Virus record (IMG/VR): IMGVR_UViG_3300015050_000930 | Span: 1 to 41,411 of that record | Strand: one strand, 5' to 3' | Source: a virus | Lineage: Duplodnaviria > Caudoviricetes | DNA: 41,411 nt | In this document: positions 1 through 7,678 of the stretch, in pieces | Numbering within the stretch: position 1 is the first letter of the stretch | How the letters are laid out: the number at the start of each line of letters is the position of its first letter | Program-made: the position numbers and the translations under genes | Notes under the pieces: generated by a model | The model's database searches: none | Told to the model about the DNA's origin: nothing | The model's input: the letters and a program-made list of their open reading frames with translations, nothing else

Positions 1-123
1 CATCGTCGTGCAATTTCCGTACTGCGGTGCTTGTGGTTGGGTGGCGAGAGCGGCTTGCCAAAGCTCCCATGCACGCTGCACAGAAATGGTCCGGTAGGTG
101 TCGTTGCTGCGGTGTCGCGCTAA
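1..123. repeat. Terminal direct repeat, copy 1 (identical to 41289-41411); probable circular-assembly overlap
   Basis: Exact 123-bp identity; an ORF reads uninterrupted across the join. Confidence 0.95.
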
Positions 124-189
124 GCTGGTGCAAACGTTCTGCTTGACCATGTGGGCCTCAAATCGGTCCCGCATCTGTTCGCCGCTCAC
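1..189 (-). CDS. 5' part of a 95-aa phage protein spanning the circular junction (continues 41288-41190)
   Basis: GTG at 189 overlaps the stop of 186..560 (GTGA); reads MSGEQMRDRFEAHMVK...AWELWQAALA...PEVRK* and ends in an ATGA overlap with 41193; absent from the ORF track. Confidence 0.8.
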   Translation of the reverse strand, partial: MSGEQMRDRFEAHMVKQNVCTSLARHRSNDTYRTISVQRAWELWQAALATQPQAPQYGNCTTM

Positions 190-560
190 CGCACCACCTC
201 GCCACGGTTGTCTATGGTCACAGGCCCAGTAACAGGCTTTGCGCGTGGGAGGGTCTTGCGGGACTCAACTACGAAGTCTTCGTTGCCGGGGTTGTCGCTG
301 ATTGGGTGGAGATTCGCGTCATCAATAACTGCAAATCGATTTAGGCGAGACCCGCCGCCAATGAGCGGGCAGTCAAATGGCGAATGCATCAAAGACTCGC
401 AAACCCATGAAGAGTGGCTGCCGTAGCTAAAGCCGGGGTATCCATCGGGAAGGTCAAATTTCCCGCGAGGTGCTGCGTGCAGAACTCGCACGATCCACTG
501 GTTGTACCGGTTCCCGGGAGCCACAATGCGCGCCATGCACGGCGCTTGCTTGATGTTCAT
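186..560 (-). CDS. Hypothetical phage protein (124 aa)
   Basis: AAGGAG RBS upstream; coupled to the downstream gene. Confidence 0.75.
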   Translation of the reverse strand: MNIKQAPCMARIVAPGNRYNQWIVRVLHAAPRGKFDLPDGYPGFSYGSHSSWVCESLMHSPFDCPLIGGGSRLNRFAVIDDANLHPISDNPGNEDFVVESRKTLPRAKPVTGPVTIDNRGEVVR

Positions 561-583
561 CTCTCTTCTCCTTGGTATGGGGG

Positions 584-952
584 TTAGGTAGTCAATCCAG
601 CCTGTTTAAGCAAAGGCGCCAGCTGCTGCAGGATTGGCGCTAGCTGCGACATGGCGGCGTTCTGCTTCTGCGCTTTGTCGTGCAGGAATTTGTCGATCAG
701 GTAATAAATCGGCGAGTAGTCCTGCGACTTTTCGAGGTACGTCTCTAGGTCATCAACCCCAAACTTGCGTTGCGAGTCGTCGCTCAGCTGATTGCCCAGA
801 TTGCCGGGCGATTCGTTCAAATCAATAGCCACGTTTGACAGGCCACGCCGGTAAATGCTGGTAGCGATGCAGTCCCGCAGGTTGCGGTGCTTTGCTGCAA
901 GACCCGGCTCAAAGTCGAGAGTGAGCTGGTCAATTTGGGGAGTGATATTCAC
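584..952 (-). CDS. CII-like regulatory protein
   Basis: Position downstream of cro; helical HTH-like segment (LSNVAIDLNESPGNLGNQLS). Confidence 0.6.
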   Translation of the reverse strand: MNITPQIDQLTLDFEPGLAAKHRNLRDCIATSIYRRGLSNVAIDLNESPGNLGNQLSDDSQRKFGVDDLETYLEKSQDYSPIYYLIDKFLHDKAQKQNAAMSQLAPILQQLAPLLKQAGLTT

Positions 953-964
953 TGATAACTTTCT

Positions 965-997
965 TTGTCAGTCGTTGTCACTGGGGGGTAAAAAAAT
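965..997 (+). promoter_or_regulatory. Possible pRE-like CII-activated promoter
   Basis: Direct repeat TTGT-N6-TTGT (965-968, 975-978) beside the cII start, same geometry as the lambda TTGC-N6-TTGC site; poor -10. Confidence 0.4.
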
Positions 998-1151
998 AGA
1001 CGAATGGAACGAAACACATTCATCACAGCCCACAGCGCCGCCCTGCTGGGCCTTCACCCGCGATTGAGCGGCGATCAGGCGCTGGCTAGGTGCCTCGCCC
1101 TCTCCGAGGTAAAGTGGCAACACCACATCACCACCCTCGGAGGGGCTCAGC

Positions 1152-1397
1152 ATGAAACTGGACTTTTCAGAAAAGAACTTGGGCAAAGCACATGCATTGC
1201 TGCACACGCTGTATGCCGAACAGGCAGCAAACCGAATAGCGCTAACGCTGCTCATTTCTCGCTACCCCGATGTGATGGCGACGGTTCGCCAGATTGCCCA
1301 GAGCGAGGAACCAGAACTAATGCCAGCACAGCCCTCACGCGAGACATTGCGGCTCGTTCAAGCATCGCTATTGCGGCTTGCCACTCCTGCGGGGTAG
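1152..1397 (+). CDS. Hypothetical protein antisense to the cro-cII operon
   Basis: GGAGGGG RBS 6 nt before ATG; fills the cro-cII gap. Confidence 0.6.
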   Translation: MKLDFSEKNLGKAHALLHTLYAEQAANRIALTLLISRYPDVMATVRQIAQSEEPELMPAQPSRETLRLVQASLLRLATPAG

Positions 1398-1426
1398 CTG
1401 GTGAGGGGGTGAAGCACAGGCGCATT

Positions 1427-1642
1427 TCAGGCCTTTGCGGTTTGCTTCTGCTGTTTTTTGAAGGCCGGGAAGTCGCGCAAGAAAAGGTCTGGGCGCTCCA
1501 GCTTCACGGCGGATGGGATGCCGCGCGTTGTCCAATTGAAAACACGCTGAACTCCACCATCCGCGTAACTGAGCAGCTCTGCGACTTTTGCGGGACCGCC
1601 AAGCTCCGCGATAAGGGCGGCGTCTTTGTCAATTTGGTTCAT
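1427..1642 (-). CDS. cro: Cro-like HTH regulator (probably leaderless)
   Basis: LGGPAKVAELL...VFNWTTRGIP HTH; divergent from cI; ATG 1642 lies 7 nt after the -10. Confidence 0.85.
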   Translation of the reverse strand: MNQIDKDAALIAELGGPAKVAELLSYADGGVQRVFNWTTRGIPSAVKLERPDLFLRDFPAFKKQQKQTAKA

Positions 1643-1649
1643 GGCGCCC

Positions 1650-1679
1650 ATAGTACACCTAATGTGTAGTTTGAGTCAA
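1650..1679 (-). promoter_or_regulatory. pR-like sigma70 promoter with repressor operator
   Basis: TTGACT-N18-TACTAT; inverted repeat TACAC-N5-GTGTA at 1654-1668. Confidence 0.75.
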
Positions 1680-1712
1680 CATTTAGTTTTCCCCATGGCA
1701 AAGAATGTGGCT

Positions 1713-2141
1713 ATGAGCCCTTGGGAAATAATTAACGCCGAATTGGACCGCCGCCATAAGAGCTGGGCCTGGCTGGCGCGCGAGCTGCAAACCACCGACC
1801 AGGTGGTGCAGAACTGGAAAACTCGCGGAGTGCCAGCGAGGAGATACCGGGCTATTGCGGATGCGCTGCACCCGTTCACAGTCGATCAGATAGAAGGTAT
1901 CGGGCAACCTCCGACGAGCATCGGTGGTGGGCGTGGCCACAGGGGGCTGCTCACCGATTTGAGGGCTTTTGCTCTCGCGGCCGCCGAGGCGGATCAGGAC
2001 GCCCGGGATGATGTCCTATCTATGCTTACTTTGTTCCTCAAAAACCCCAGAGCAAACGCTGGCGTTATGACCCTGATAGGGAGTCGGCTATCGGGGGGAA
2101 TGCCGCAAGATGCGGGAGAGGACCAGAGACACCAAGCCTAG
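1713..2141 (+). CDS. cI: CI-like immunity repressor (HTH; no S24 peptidase domain); start may be 1695
   Basis: SWAWLARELQTTDQVVQNWKTRGVP HTH; lies between two operator-bearing promoters. Confidence 0.85.
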   Translation: MSPWEIINAELDRRHKSWAWLARELQTTDQVVQNWKTRGVPARRYRAIADALHPFTVDQIEGIGQPPTSIGGGRGHRGLLTDLRAFALAAAEADQDARDDVLSMLTLFLKNPRANAGVMTLIGSRLSGGMPQDAGEDQRHQA

Positions 2142-2223
2142 GGCAAATGCGCCCTTGCCAAATTTACGCCTTTAAGGCCAGACCGCCAGCGGCCATACCC
2201 TAGGCAGGCATTAGTGCCAATAC

Positions 2224-2249
2224 AGCCACCCATTCGAGGTGGCTTTTTT
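2224..2249 (+). terminator. Intrinsic terminator after cI
   Basis: AGCCACC-N7-GGTGGCT followed by a T run. Confidence 0.85.
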
Positions 2250-2303
2250 ACGTTCCTACTACCTATCGTTTTCACCTAGTCGCAAATTTAACTAAATTAT
2301 TTG

Positions 2304-2332
2304 TTGACTTAACTACACGGCGCGTGTACATT
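2304..2332 (+). promoter_or_regulatory. pL-like sigma70 promoter with repressor operator
   Basis: TTGACT-N17-TACATT; TACAC-N5-GTGTA at 2314-2328, the same operator as at pR. Confidence 0.85.
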
Positions 2333-2338
2333 AATCCT

Positions 2339-2447
2339 CACTCACCCAGAAAAGCAAAACGAACCCGGCCCGCGATACGAAAGCCGGTAAAGCCAACAGG
2401 ATGCAAAGGCGGTTCCAGGCACTTAGTGCTGTAGCTCTTGGGGTGAG
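2339..2447 (+). ncRNA. Predicted multibranch structured RNA at the 5' end of the early leader
   Basis: CTCACCCAGA/TCTTGGGGTGAG closing stem; inner GAACC/GGTTC, CGGC/GCCG, GCC/GGC, GCAC/GTGC. Confidence 0.5.
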
Positions 2448-2469
2448 GAGTGAAGTGAAAGTGATGAGT

Positions 2470-2658
2470 GCTGGGATAGCTCAGAGAGATCAAAGGAGCG
2501 CCGAGGTGATCTACGGCGTTTTGATGGTCGCCCGGTGGAATGGTTTTGGCGGATGCGGATTTCTAGACCGCAAACACCACGACAAACAACCCGGTAGCGG
2601 TAGAGCGGCTCCCTTGTCCGGAGAAGGTCCGTGGTTCGACTCCACGTCCCAGCACCCA
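2470..2658 (+). ncRNA. tRNA-like RNA (Thr, UGU anticodon position) with a 113-nt D-loop insertion
   Basis: Acceptor GCTGGGA/TCCCAGC, D stem GCTC/GAGC, anticodon arm CTCC-CTTGTCC-GGAG, variable AGGTC, T arm CGTGG-TTCGACT-CCACG, 3' ACCCA. Confidence 0.8.
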
Positions 2659-2702
2659 TCACTTTTGGAAGCAAGAGTAATTGAATAACTGGAGCAAGAG
2701 AT

Positions 2703-2942
2703 ATGGAAGCACAGCAAACGCAAGCACCGCCGTCAGTCGAGCAACTCAAGGAAAAGGCCCTGCGCGACGGCATAGCAGAGTTGATGCAGGGGTGCACAGA
2801 TAAGCAGAACGATTTTCTGCATCGTATCCATGACTCTGCGCCATGGAAGGGACTCGCCAATTGCCCGGTAGAAAAGCTCGGCGATACCTACGAGCTGCTA
2901 CGCCGTACAGCACAACAAAACGCCAGCGGTGCCGCAGCATGA
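2703..2942 (+). CDS. Hypothetical early protein
   Basis: GGAG RBS; first gene after the leader; ATGA coupling. Confidence 0.75.
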   Translation: MEAQQTQAPPSVEQLKEKALRDGIAELMQGCTDKQNDFLHRIHDSAPWKGLANCPVEKLGDTYELLRRTAQQNASGAAA

Positions 2943-3325
2943 ACGCCCGACAACACGCATTCGCCGCAGATGCTGAAGCCTTCACAAGCGGCAATCCAGC
3001 GCCATACGAATCGATTGAGCAAATCCAGGCCCGGACTGCCCGCATCCGTGGTGTCCGCCAAGAGATCGAGGCAATGCCCGCTCTCAAGTTCCGCTGCACC
3101 GTCCGCGAACTGCAGCACTCAATCATCCATTGCGACCCCCTCTCACACCGTGACTTGGTTGATGTGCTTATGGGCTTGGCTGCAAAAGTCAAGAAGGGTG
3201 TTGGCTCTGCGCTTGGAGATGAATGCGCGAACTCTGTTGCTAGCCACCTTGCAGACATTGCAGACGTGATCGAAGCAGACCTTGTAAATCAGCAGGCCGA
3301 AGCGGCTTGGTCTGAGCGGTCTTAA
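2939..3325 (+). CDS. Hypothetical early protein
   Basis: ATGA overlap start (MNARQHAF...). Confidence 0.7.
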   Translation: MNARQHAFAADAEAFTSGNPAPYESIEQIQARTARIRGVRQEIEAMPALKFRCTVRELQHSIIHCDPLSHRDLVDVLMGLAAKVKKGVGSALGDECANSVASHLADIADVIEADLVNQQAEAAWSERS

Positions 3326-3347
3326 CTCTTACTGGAGGAAATTGATT

Positions 3348-3626
3348 ATGAGTGGACAACAACTACGCGTCTGGTGGATTCCGCAAGTGCCGGGCAAGGC
3401 ATTTCATGTGAGTGCCGAATCCATAGCCATGGCAAGAAAAATCCTGGACACGTTGGGCGACTACGACCTGTTCCAACTCGAAAACAACATCAAGGGCGAC
3501 TACTGCAATGCTGGTGGCCTTGAGGTTTTCGAGGATGGCGAATGGTTTGAATGGGAAGACGAAGACGGTTACGAAATTTCCAACTGGGAGCCCGCCTCCC
3601 CTACTGATGCTGGGGTGGCGGGATGA
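3348..3626 (+). CDS. P22 gp17-like protein (superinfection-exclusion related)
   Basis: LRVWWIPQVP...DYDLFQLENNIKGDYCNAGGLE resembles P22 gp17 as recalled; GGAGG RBS. Confidence 0.75.
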   Translation: MSGQQLRVWWIPQVPGKAFHVSAESIAMARKILDTLGDYDLFQLENNIKGDYCNAGGLEVFEDGEWFEWEDEDGYEISNWEPASPTDAGVAG

Positions 3627-3832
3627 GCGGCGGGACGGCCTTCCCAACTGCTGGCGGCAGTGACTCAGGCATGACGTTGCGCGATTACTTCGCGGCTAAA
3701 GCCATGCAGGGATTCATTTCCAGCCCTCGCATTTTGGCGGCTACGGCGGAGCGGCCCATCACAAAGCCAGAAGATTATGCCATCGCCGCGTATGCAGTTG
3801 CAGACGCCATGCTCAAAGCGAGGCAGTCATGA
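3623..3832 (+). CDS. Conserved phage protein (GMTLRDYFAAKAMQG family)
   Basis: Widespread phage motif; ATGA coupling. Confidence 0.8.
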   Translation: MSGGTAFPTAGGSDSGMTLRDYFAAKAMQGFISSPRILAATAERPITKPEDYAIAAYAVADAMLKARQS

Positions 3833-4023
3833 AAGACGAAACCCTAGACGGCACCACGCGCACGTACTCGCGCACTACGTGGCAGTGGCTACCTCACGAA
3901 AGGGCCAATTGGCTTGAAGGCCCTGAGCGCTCATCTATTCCGCATAAGGCGGTATCCATTGCACTGGCTCTTGCCGTAGTGGCAATTGTCCTGGCTATTG
4001 CTTTTCAAGGAGCACCGAAATGA
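3829..4023 (+). CDS. Hypothetical protein with C-terminal TM helix
   Basis: ATGA coupling on both sides; hydrophobic tail. Confidence 0.7.
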   Translation: MKDETLDGTTRTYSRTTWQWLPHERANWLEGPERSSIPHKAVSIALALAVVAIVLAIAFQGAPK

Positions 4024-4280
4024 AGAAACAACCGAAGTTGACGCCTTGGTTTCCTGCCGCAACCAATCCGGTTCGGCCTGGCGTTTACATCGCTGAGTGG
4101 CCCGACTATGTCGATATCGTCCCGCATCCATGGTTTGCTTTTTGGGATGGTAAGCAATGGGGATGGATGGAAACTAACATAGAACTTGCCGTATCTGCCT
4201 ATAAAAGAGGCGACACACATGCAGCAGGAAAACTCGCGTGGCGAGGCCTTGCCGGTAGGCCAAAGGCGGTGAAGCTATGA
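4020..4280 (+). CDS. Hypothetical phage protein (TPWFP...PVRPGVY...WRGLA type)
   Basis: ATGA coupling; GGAG RBS. Confidence 0.75.
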   Translation: MKKQPKLTPWFPAATNPVRPGVYIAEWPDYVDIVPHPWFAFWDGKQWGWMETNIELAVSAYKRGDTHAAGKLAWRGLAGRPKAVKL

Positions 4281-4564
4281 CCTGCCACCGCATCTGTGAC
4301 CAACAAAGGCAACCATGCCCCTCTGCATGGCTCTGCGAAATGGGCTGCAACTTCACGAATGCAGAACTTCCCGCTACCAAGCTGGAAACACGCAACAGCG
4401 ACAACAGCAATCCAGGGTATCCGTTCTGGTTTCTTGATAAGCCTGGGAACTTCTGGGACCGCTGCAACTGGTGGCAGAAGCGGCTCGTTGCCTGCGCAAT
4501 CGTTGCGGTGTTTGCGCTCTTTGGCGGCATGGATGCAGGGCACTTGGCGGGGTATGGGAAATGA
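4277..4564 (+). CDS. Hypothetical Cys-rich N-terminal membrane protein
   Basis: ATGA coupling; C-terminal TM helix. Confidence 0.65.
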   Translation: MTCHRICDQQRQPCPSAWLCEMGCNFTNAELPATKLETRNSDNSNPGYPFWFLDKPGNFWDRCNWWQKRLVACAIVAVFALFGGMDAGHLAGYGK

Positions 4565-5073
4565 CTGACAAAACACACTGGAAACGGCTTATTAACCCGG
4601 ACTACATCGGCGCCTATTTCTTGCCCGAGGGGAAGGACCTGACCGTAACGATTGACTACGTGCAGTGCGAAATGATCACCGGGACCGGGGGGAAAAAAGA
4701 GGAATGCATTGTTGCGCACTTGGTTGGTGTCAAGCCAATGATTTTGAACATGACAAACTCCAAAAGCATCACCAAGCTGTACGGCCCTTACGTCGAGGAC
4801 TGGGCCGGTAAGCAGATCACGCTCTATGCCAGCACCGCAAAGCTGGCCGGGGAGTCTGTGGAGTGCCTGCGCATTCGTCCGCAGGTTGCAGAGCGCGTAC
4901 CGCCCGCAATCGCCAATGACCGGCTCAAGCGCGCCATTGAATCAATCCGCAAAGGCGAGTACACGGCCCAGAAGCTGCAAGCCAATTTCACCCTCACATT
5001 GGCCCAGCAAAGCGACCTAGACAAGGCCCTGGCAGAAATGGCCGGCGCAGGAATGGAGGCGGTCAATGCATAA
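4561..5073 (+). CDS. Putative recombination / ssDNA-binding partner of the exonuclease
   Basis: THWKRLINPDYIGAY...LNMTNSKSI...WAGKQITLY phage family; position directly before the exonuclease. Confidence 0.55.
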   Translation: MTDKTHWKRLINPDYIGAYFLPEGKDLTVTIDYVQCEMITGTGGKKEECIVAHLVGVKPMILNMTNSKSITKLYGPYVEDWAGKQITLYASTAKLAGESVECLRIRPQVAERVPPAIANDRLKRAIESIRKGEYTAQKLQANFTLTLAQQSDLDKALAEMAGAGMEAVNA

Positions 5074-5785
5074 GTTCCGCGCCTCTAGCCTCGGACTCAT
5101 CATGACCGACGCCCAGAGCATTGACGCCTCACTGTTGACCGACGAGCTGGCCGCAATCAGCCGCAAGAAGGTTAAGACCGACGATGACAAAGCGGCCCTA
5201 GCTCCATTCTGGGACAAAAGCCTGTCGGTCGGCGCAAAGACCTATATCAAATCCTTGGCTAAGCAATTGGTCTATGGGTATGACGACGAGGTTTCCAGCA
5301 AGTTCCTTGAAAAAGGCATTGCCGTGGAAGACCAGGGTATCGAGCTTTACAACTCGGTGTTTTTCGCAAGCCATGCCAAGAACACCGAGCGCAAGACCAA
5401 TGACTGGGTTACCGGCGAATGTGACATTGCCACCCCGGCCAAGATCATTGATATCAAGTCGCCATGGTCCCTCCAGACCTTTCCGGCAACCATCGAGGAT
5501 GGGCGGGACAAGGGCTACGAATGGCAGGGTAGGGCCTACATGTGGCTGTGGGATGTGCCGGAGTTCGAGATTGCCTATTGTCTAGTCAACACCCCCGAAG
5601 AGCTTATCGGCTATGAGCGCGAAGAACTCCACATCGTTGACCACATCACCCCCGAGCTGCGCGTAACCCGCGTCCCGTACAGCCGCGATACCGCGCTGGA
5701 AGAAAAGATCAAGGTCAAGTGTGAGGCGGCAAATGCTTACCTCGATTTGGTCGTCCGGCAGATCGCCGAAGAACACAGCTACTAA
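5066..5785 (+). CDS. Lambda-Exo/YqaJ-like PD-(D/E)XK exonuclease
   Basis: FRASSLG, KGIAVED, GECD...IIDIKS, YEWQGRAYM motifs. Confidence 0.85.
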   Translation: MHKFRASSLGLIMTDAQSIDASLLTDELAAISRKKVKTDDDKAALAPFWDKSLSVGAKTYIKSLAKQLVYGYDDEVSSKFLEKGIAVEDQGIELYNSVFFASHAKNTERKTNDWVTGECDIATPAKIIDIKSPWSLQTFPATIEDGRDKGYEWQGRAYMWLWDVPEFEIAYCLVNTPEELIGYEREELHIVDHITPELRVTRVPYSRDTALEEKIKVKCEAANAYLDLVVRQIAEEHSY

Positions 5786-5794
5786 GGAAAACTC

Positions 5795-6343
5795 ATGGCT
5801 TCAGTCAACAAAATCATGTTTGATGCTGAGAAGCTGCGGAAGTTGTATGTAGAGGATCTGATGAGCCTGCCTTTCGTTGCAAAGACTCTTGGGGCGTCCA
5901 TATCCACTGTTCGCGCCCGCCTCCTAGAAATGGGCCTTCTACGCGGCCGAGCTCAAGCCATCCGGATTGCGCAGAAGCAAGGACGACTCGGGGCGGGAAA
6001 CCGAGGAAAGAAGCGCGTTTTCACGCAGGAGTGGAAACAGGCAATATCCTCGGCCGCCCGTCGTCGTGGCGAAGAAAACGCCAAGGGCGTATCGCTCAAA
6101 CCTTCCGGATATTTGGAACACACACGCGGCCCCGAGAAAGGGCGCTCAGTTCACGTCACCATCATTGAAGCGGCAATTGGTCGTCGCCTGTTTTCAGACG
6201 AGGTGGCGCATCACATAGATCACGACCGCGCCAACAACGACCCGGCGAATCTCCAACTCATGACCAGATCGGAGCATGCCCGCCTGCATGCAATCGAAAA
6301 CACTTCACAAAGAAAGAGAGCCGCAAATGGCAAGTTTGAATAA
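5795..6343 (+). CDS. HNH homing endonuclease fused to relic SSB N-terminal codons
   Basis: [20 protein letters not shown]...HARLH; begins MASVNKI. Confidence 0.9.
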   Translation: MASVNKIMFDAEKLRKLYVEDLMSLPFVAKTLGASISTVRARLLEMGLLRGRAQAIRIAQKQGRLGAGNRGKKRVFTQEWKQAISSAARRRGEENAKGVSLKPSGYLEHTRGPEKGRSVHVTIIEAAIGRRLFSDEVAHHIDHDRANNDPANLQLMTRSEHARLHAIENTSQRKRAANGKFE

Positions 6344-6755
6344 GGTCTGCATTATTGGAAATTTGGGCCGCGATCCCGAAATGCGCAGCTTCCCCAGCGG
6401 CGACCAGGTCGCCAACGTCACCATTGCCACCACCGACAAATGGAAAGACAAACAAACTGGCGAAATGAAAGAAGCCACCGAATGGCACCGCGTGGTGTTC
6501 AACGGGAAGCTGGCCGAGGTAGTTGGACAGTACCTGCGAAAGGGCTCACAGGTCTACGTTGAGGGCTCTTTGCGCACTCGCAAATGGACGGACAAGGACG
6601 GCGTGGAGAAATACTCGACCGAAATCCGCGCCGAGCAAATGCAGATGCTTGGCAGCAAGCCGGATGGGGCAAGGACAGCGGCCCCGGCGCAGTCGGAACC
6701 GCTCAAGCCATCGCCGCCCAACGAAGACTTCGGCGACGAACGTATTCCTTTTTGA
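6327..6755 (+). CDS. ssb: Single-stranded DNA-binding protein
   Basis: [18 protein letters not shown]...KGSQVYVEG...acidic IPF tail. Confidence 0.97.
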   Translation: MASLNKVCIIGNLGRDPEMRSFPSGDQVANVTIATTDKWKDKQTGEMKEATEWHRVVFNGKLAEVVGQYLRKGSQVYVEGSLRTRKWTDKDGVEKYSTEIRAEQMQMLGSKPDGARTAAPAQSEPLKPSPPNEDFGDERIPF

Positions 6756-6809
6756 CCCCCTCCCCCATAAGGCCGAAAGCCAGTAATTAAACACCTATAG
6801 GAGATTGAA

Positions 6810-7337
6810 ATGAGCAAGAACAACGACAAACACAAAACCGCTGCGCCACTTGTAGAGAAGCTGGACGCAATGAAGGCCAAGTACGAAAAGGTTACGGCCT
6901 TCGCAGATTTGCTGCCACTGTTCCAGAGCCGGATTATTGCGGATGAATTGACGGGCGAATCATATGCGAGGCTGTCTGACTATGCGGGCAGGCTGTATTG
7001 CGCATGGGGCGTTAATTGGCAAACCAGCACACCCACTAACTACCCTCAGGAAAAACATTCTCAGGTTGGCTTCGTGAATGTTTACATCAACAGTTATTCG
7101 CTGTTCGGCGACAAACTTTACGAGTTTGCCTCTCAGAAATTGGGCGAAGTGCTGCCGAGCATAGAGGTCCACTTTTACGACGCCCTGAACAGTAACTTCT
7201 ACTTCTTGCCGCATGAGGCCGAGGCCGGGCTGAAGAAGCTGGAGGCGTGGTACTTGGACACCAAAGCTCAATGCGATGCGCAACTGAAAAAGATGCGCGT
7301 GGAAGAACTGCAGCGCGAGTTGGAGGCCTTGTCATGA
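6810..7337 (+). CDS. Hypothetical protein
   Basis: AGGAG RBS; 175-aa ORF. Confidence 0.8.
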   Translation: MSKNNDKHKTAAPLVEKLDAMKAKYEKVTAFADLLPLFQSRIIADELTGESYARLSDYAGRLYCAWGVNWQTSTPTNYPQEKHSQVGFVNVYINSYSLFGDKLYEFASQKLGEVLPSIEVHFYDALNSNFYFLPHEAEAGLKKLEAWYLDTKAQCDAQLKKMRVEELQRELEALS

Positions 7338-7678
7338 ACACACAAGCCAAGACCGGGGTGGAGGTGGAGCGCCTGCCGGAGTTGCCGGAACCCAGTGCGT
7401 GGGGAAGCCTCAACGTTCTGACCCAAAAAGAGCGAATCGACAAATTGCCCATCACGGCGCTTCAACCTGGCGTCTATCAATACCGCAAGTTCTACGACGA
7501 GTCGGCAATGCGCGCCTACGCCACAGAAGCCCTAGCAGCCGAGCGGGCTGAGGCTGTGCGGGTGCGGGAGGCGCTAAAAGAGCTGCGGTCCGTGGTTCCG
7601 TACTTCTGGGATGACGACAGCTCGCATATCGGCGAACTGGATGCGGCCTGCGCGAAAGCTGACGAGGCCCTGAAATGA
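7334..7678 (+). CDS. Hypothetical protein (LPELPEP...MRAYA type)
   Basis: GGAGG RBS; ATGA coupling. Confidence 0.75.
   Translation: MNTQAKTGVEVERLPELPEPSAWGSLNVLTQKERIDKLPITALQPGVYQYRKFYDESAMRAYATEALAAERAEAVRVREALKELRSVVPYFWDDDSSHIGELDAACAKADEALK

Noticed and set aside
1-123. Biological direct terminal repeat
   Set aside because: It lies mid-ORF and far from terS; best explained as assembler overlap of a circular contig (read-end data needed to be sure)
1004-1669. 221-aa plus-strand ORF
   Set aside because: Overlaps cro antisense and a better-supported ORF; no RBS or recognisable motif
2350-2416. c-di-GMP-I riboswitch or hammerhead-like words (GCAAAAC, CGAAAG, GGATGCAAAG)
   Set aside because: Word matches only; the required helices and catalytic core could not be drawn
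2485-2597. Group I intron in the tRNA-like RNA
   Set aside because: 113 nt is too short, the site is the D-loop, and no P7 core or U-G 5' splice pair is recognisable
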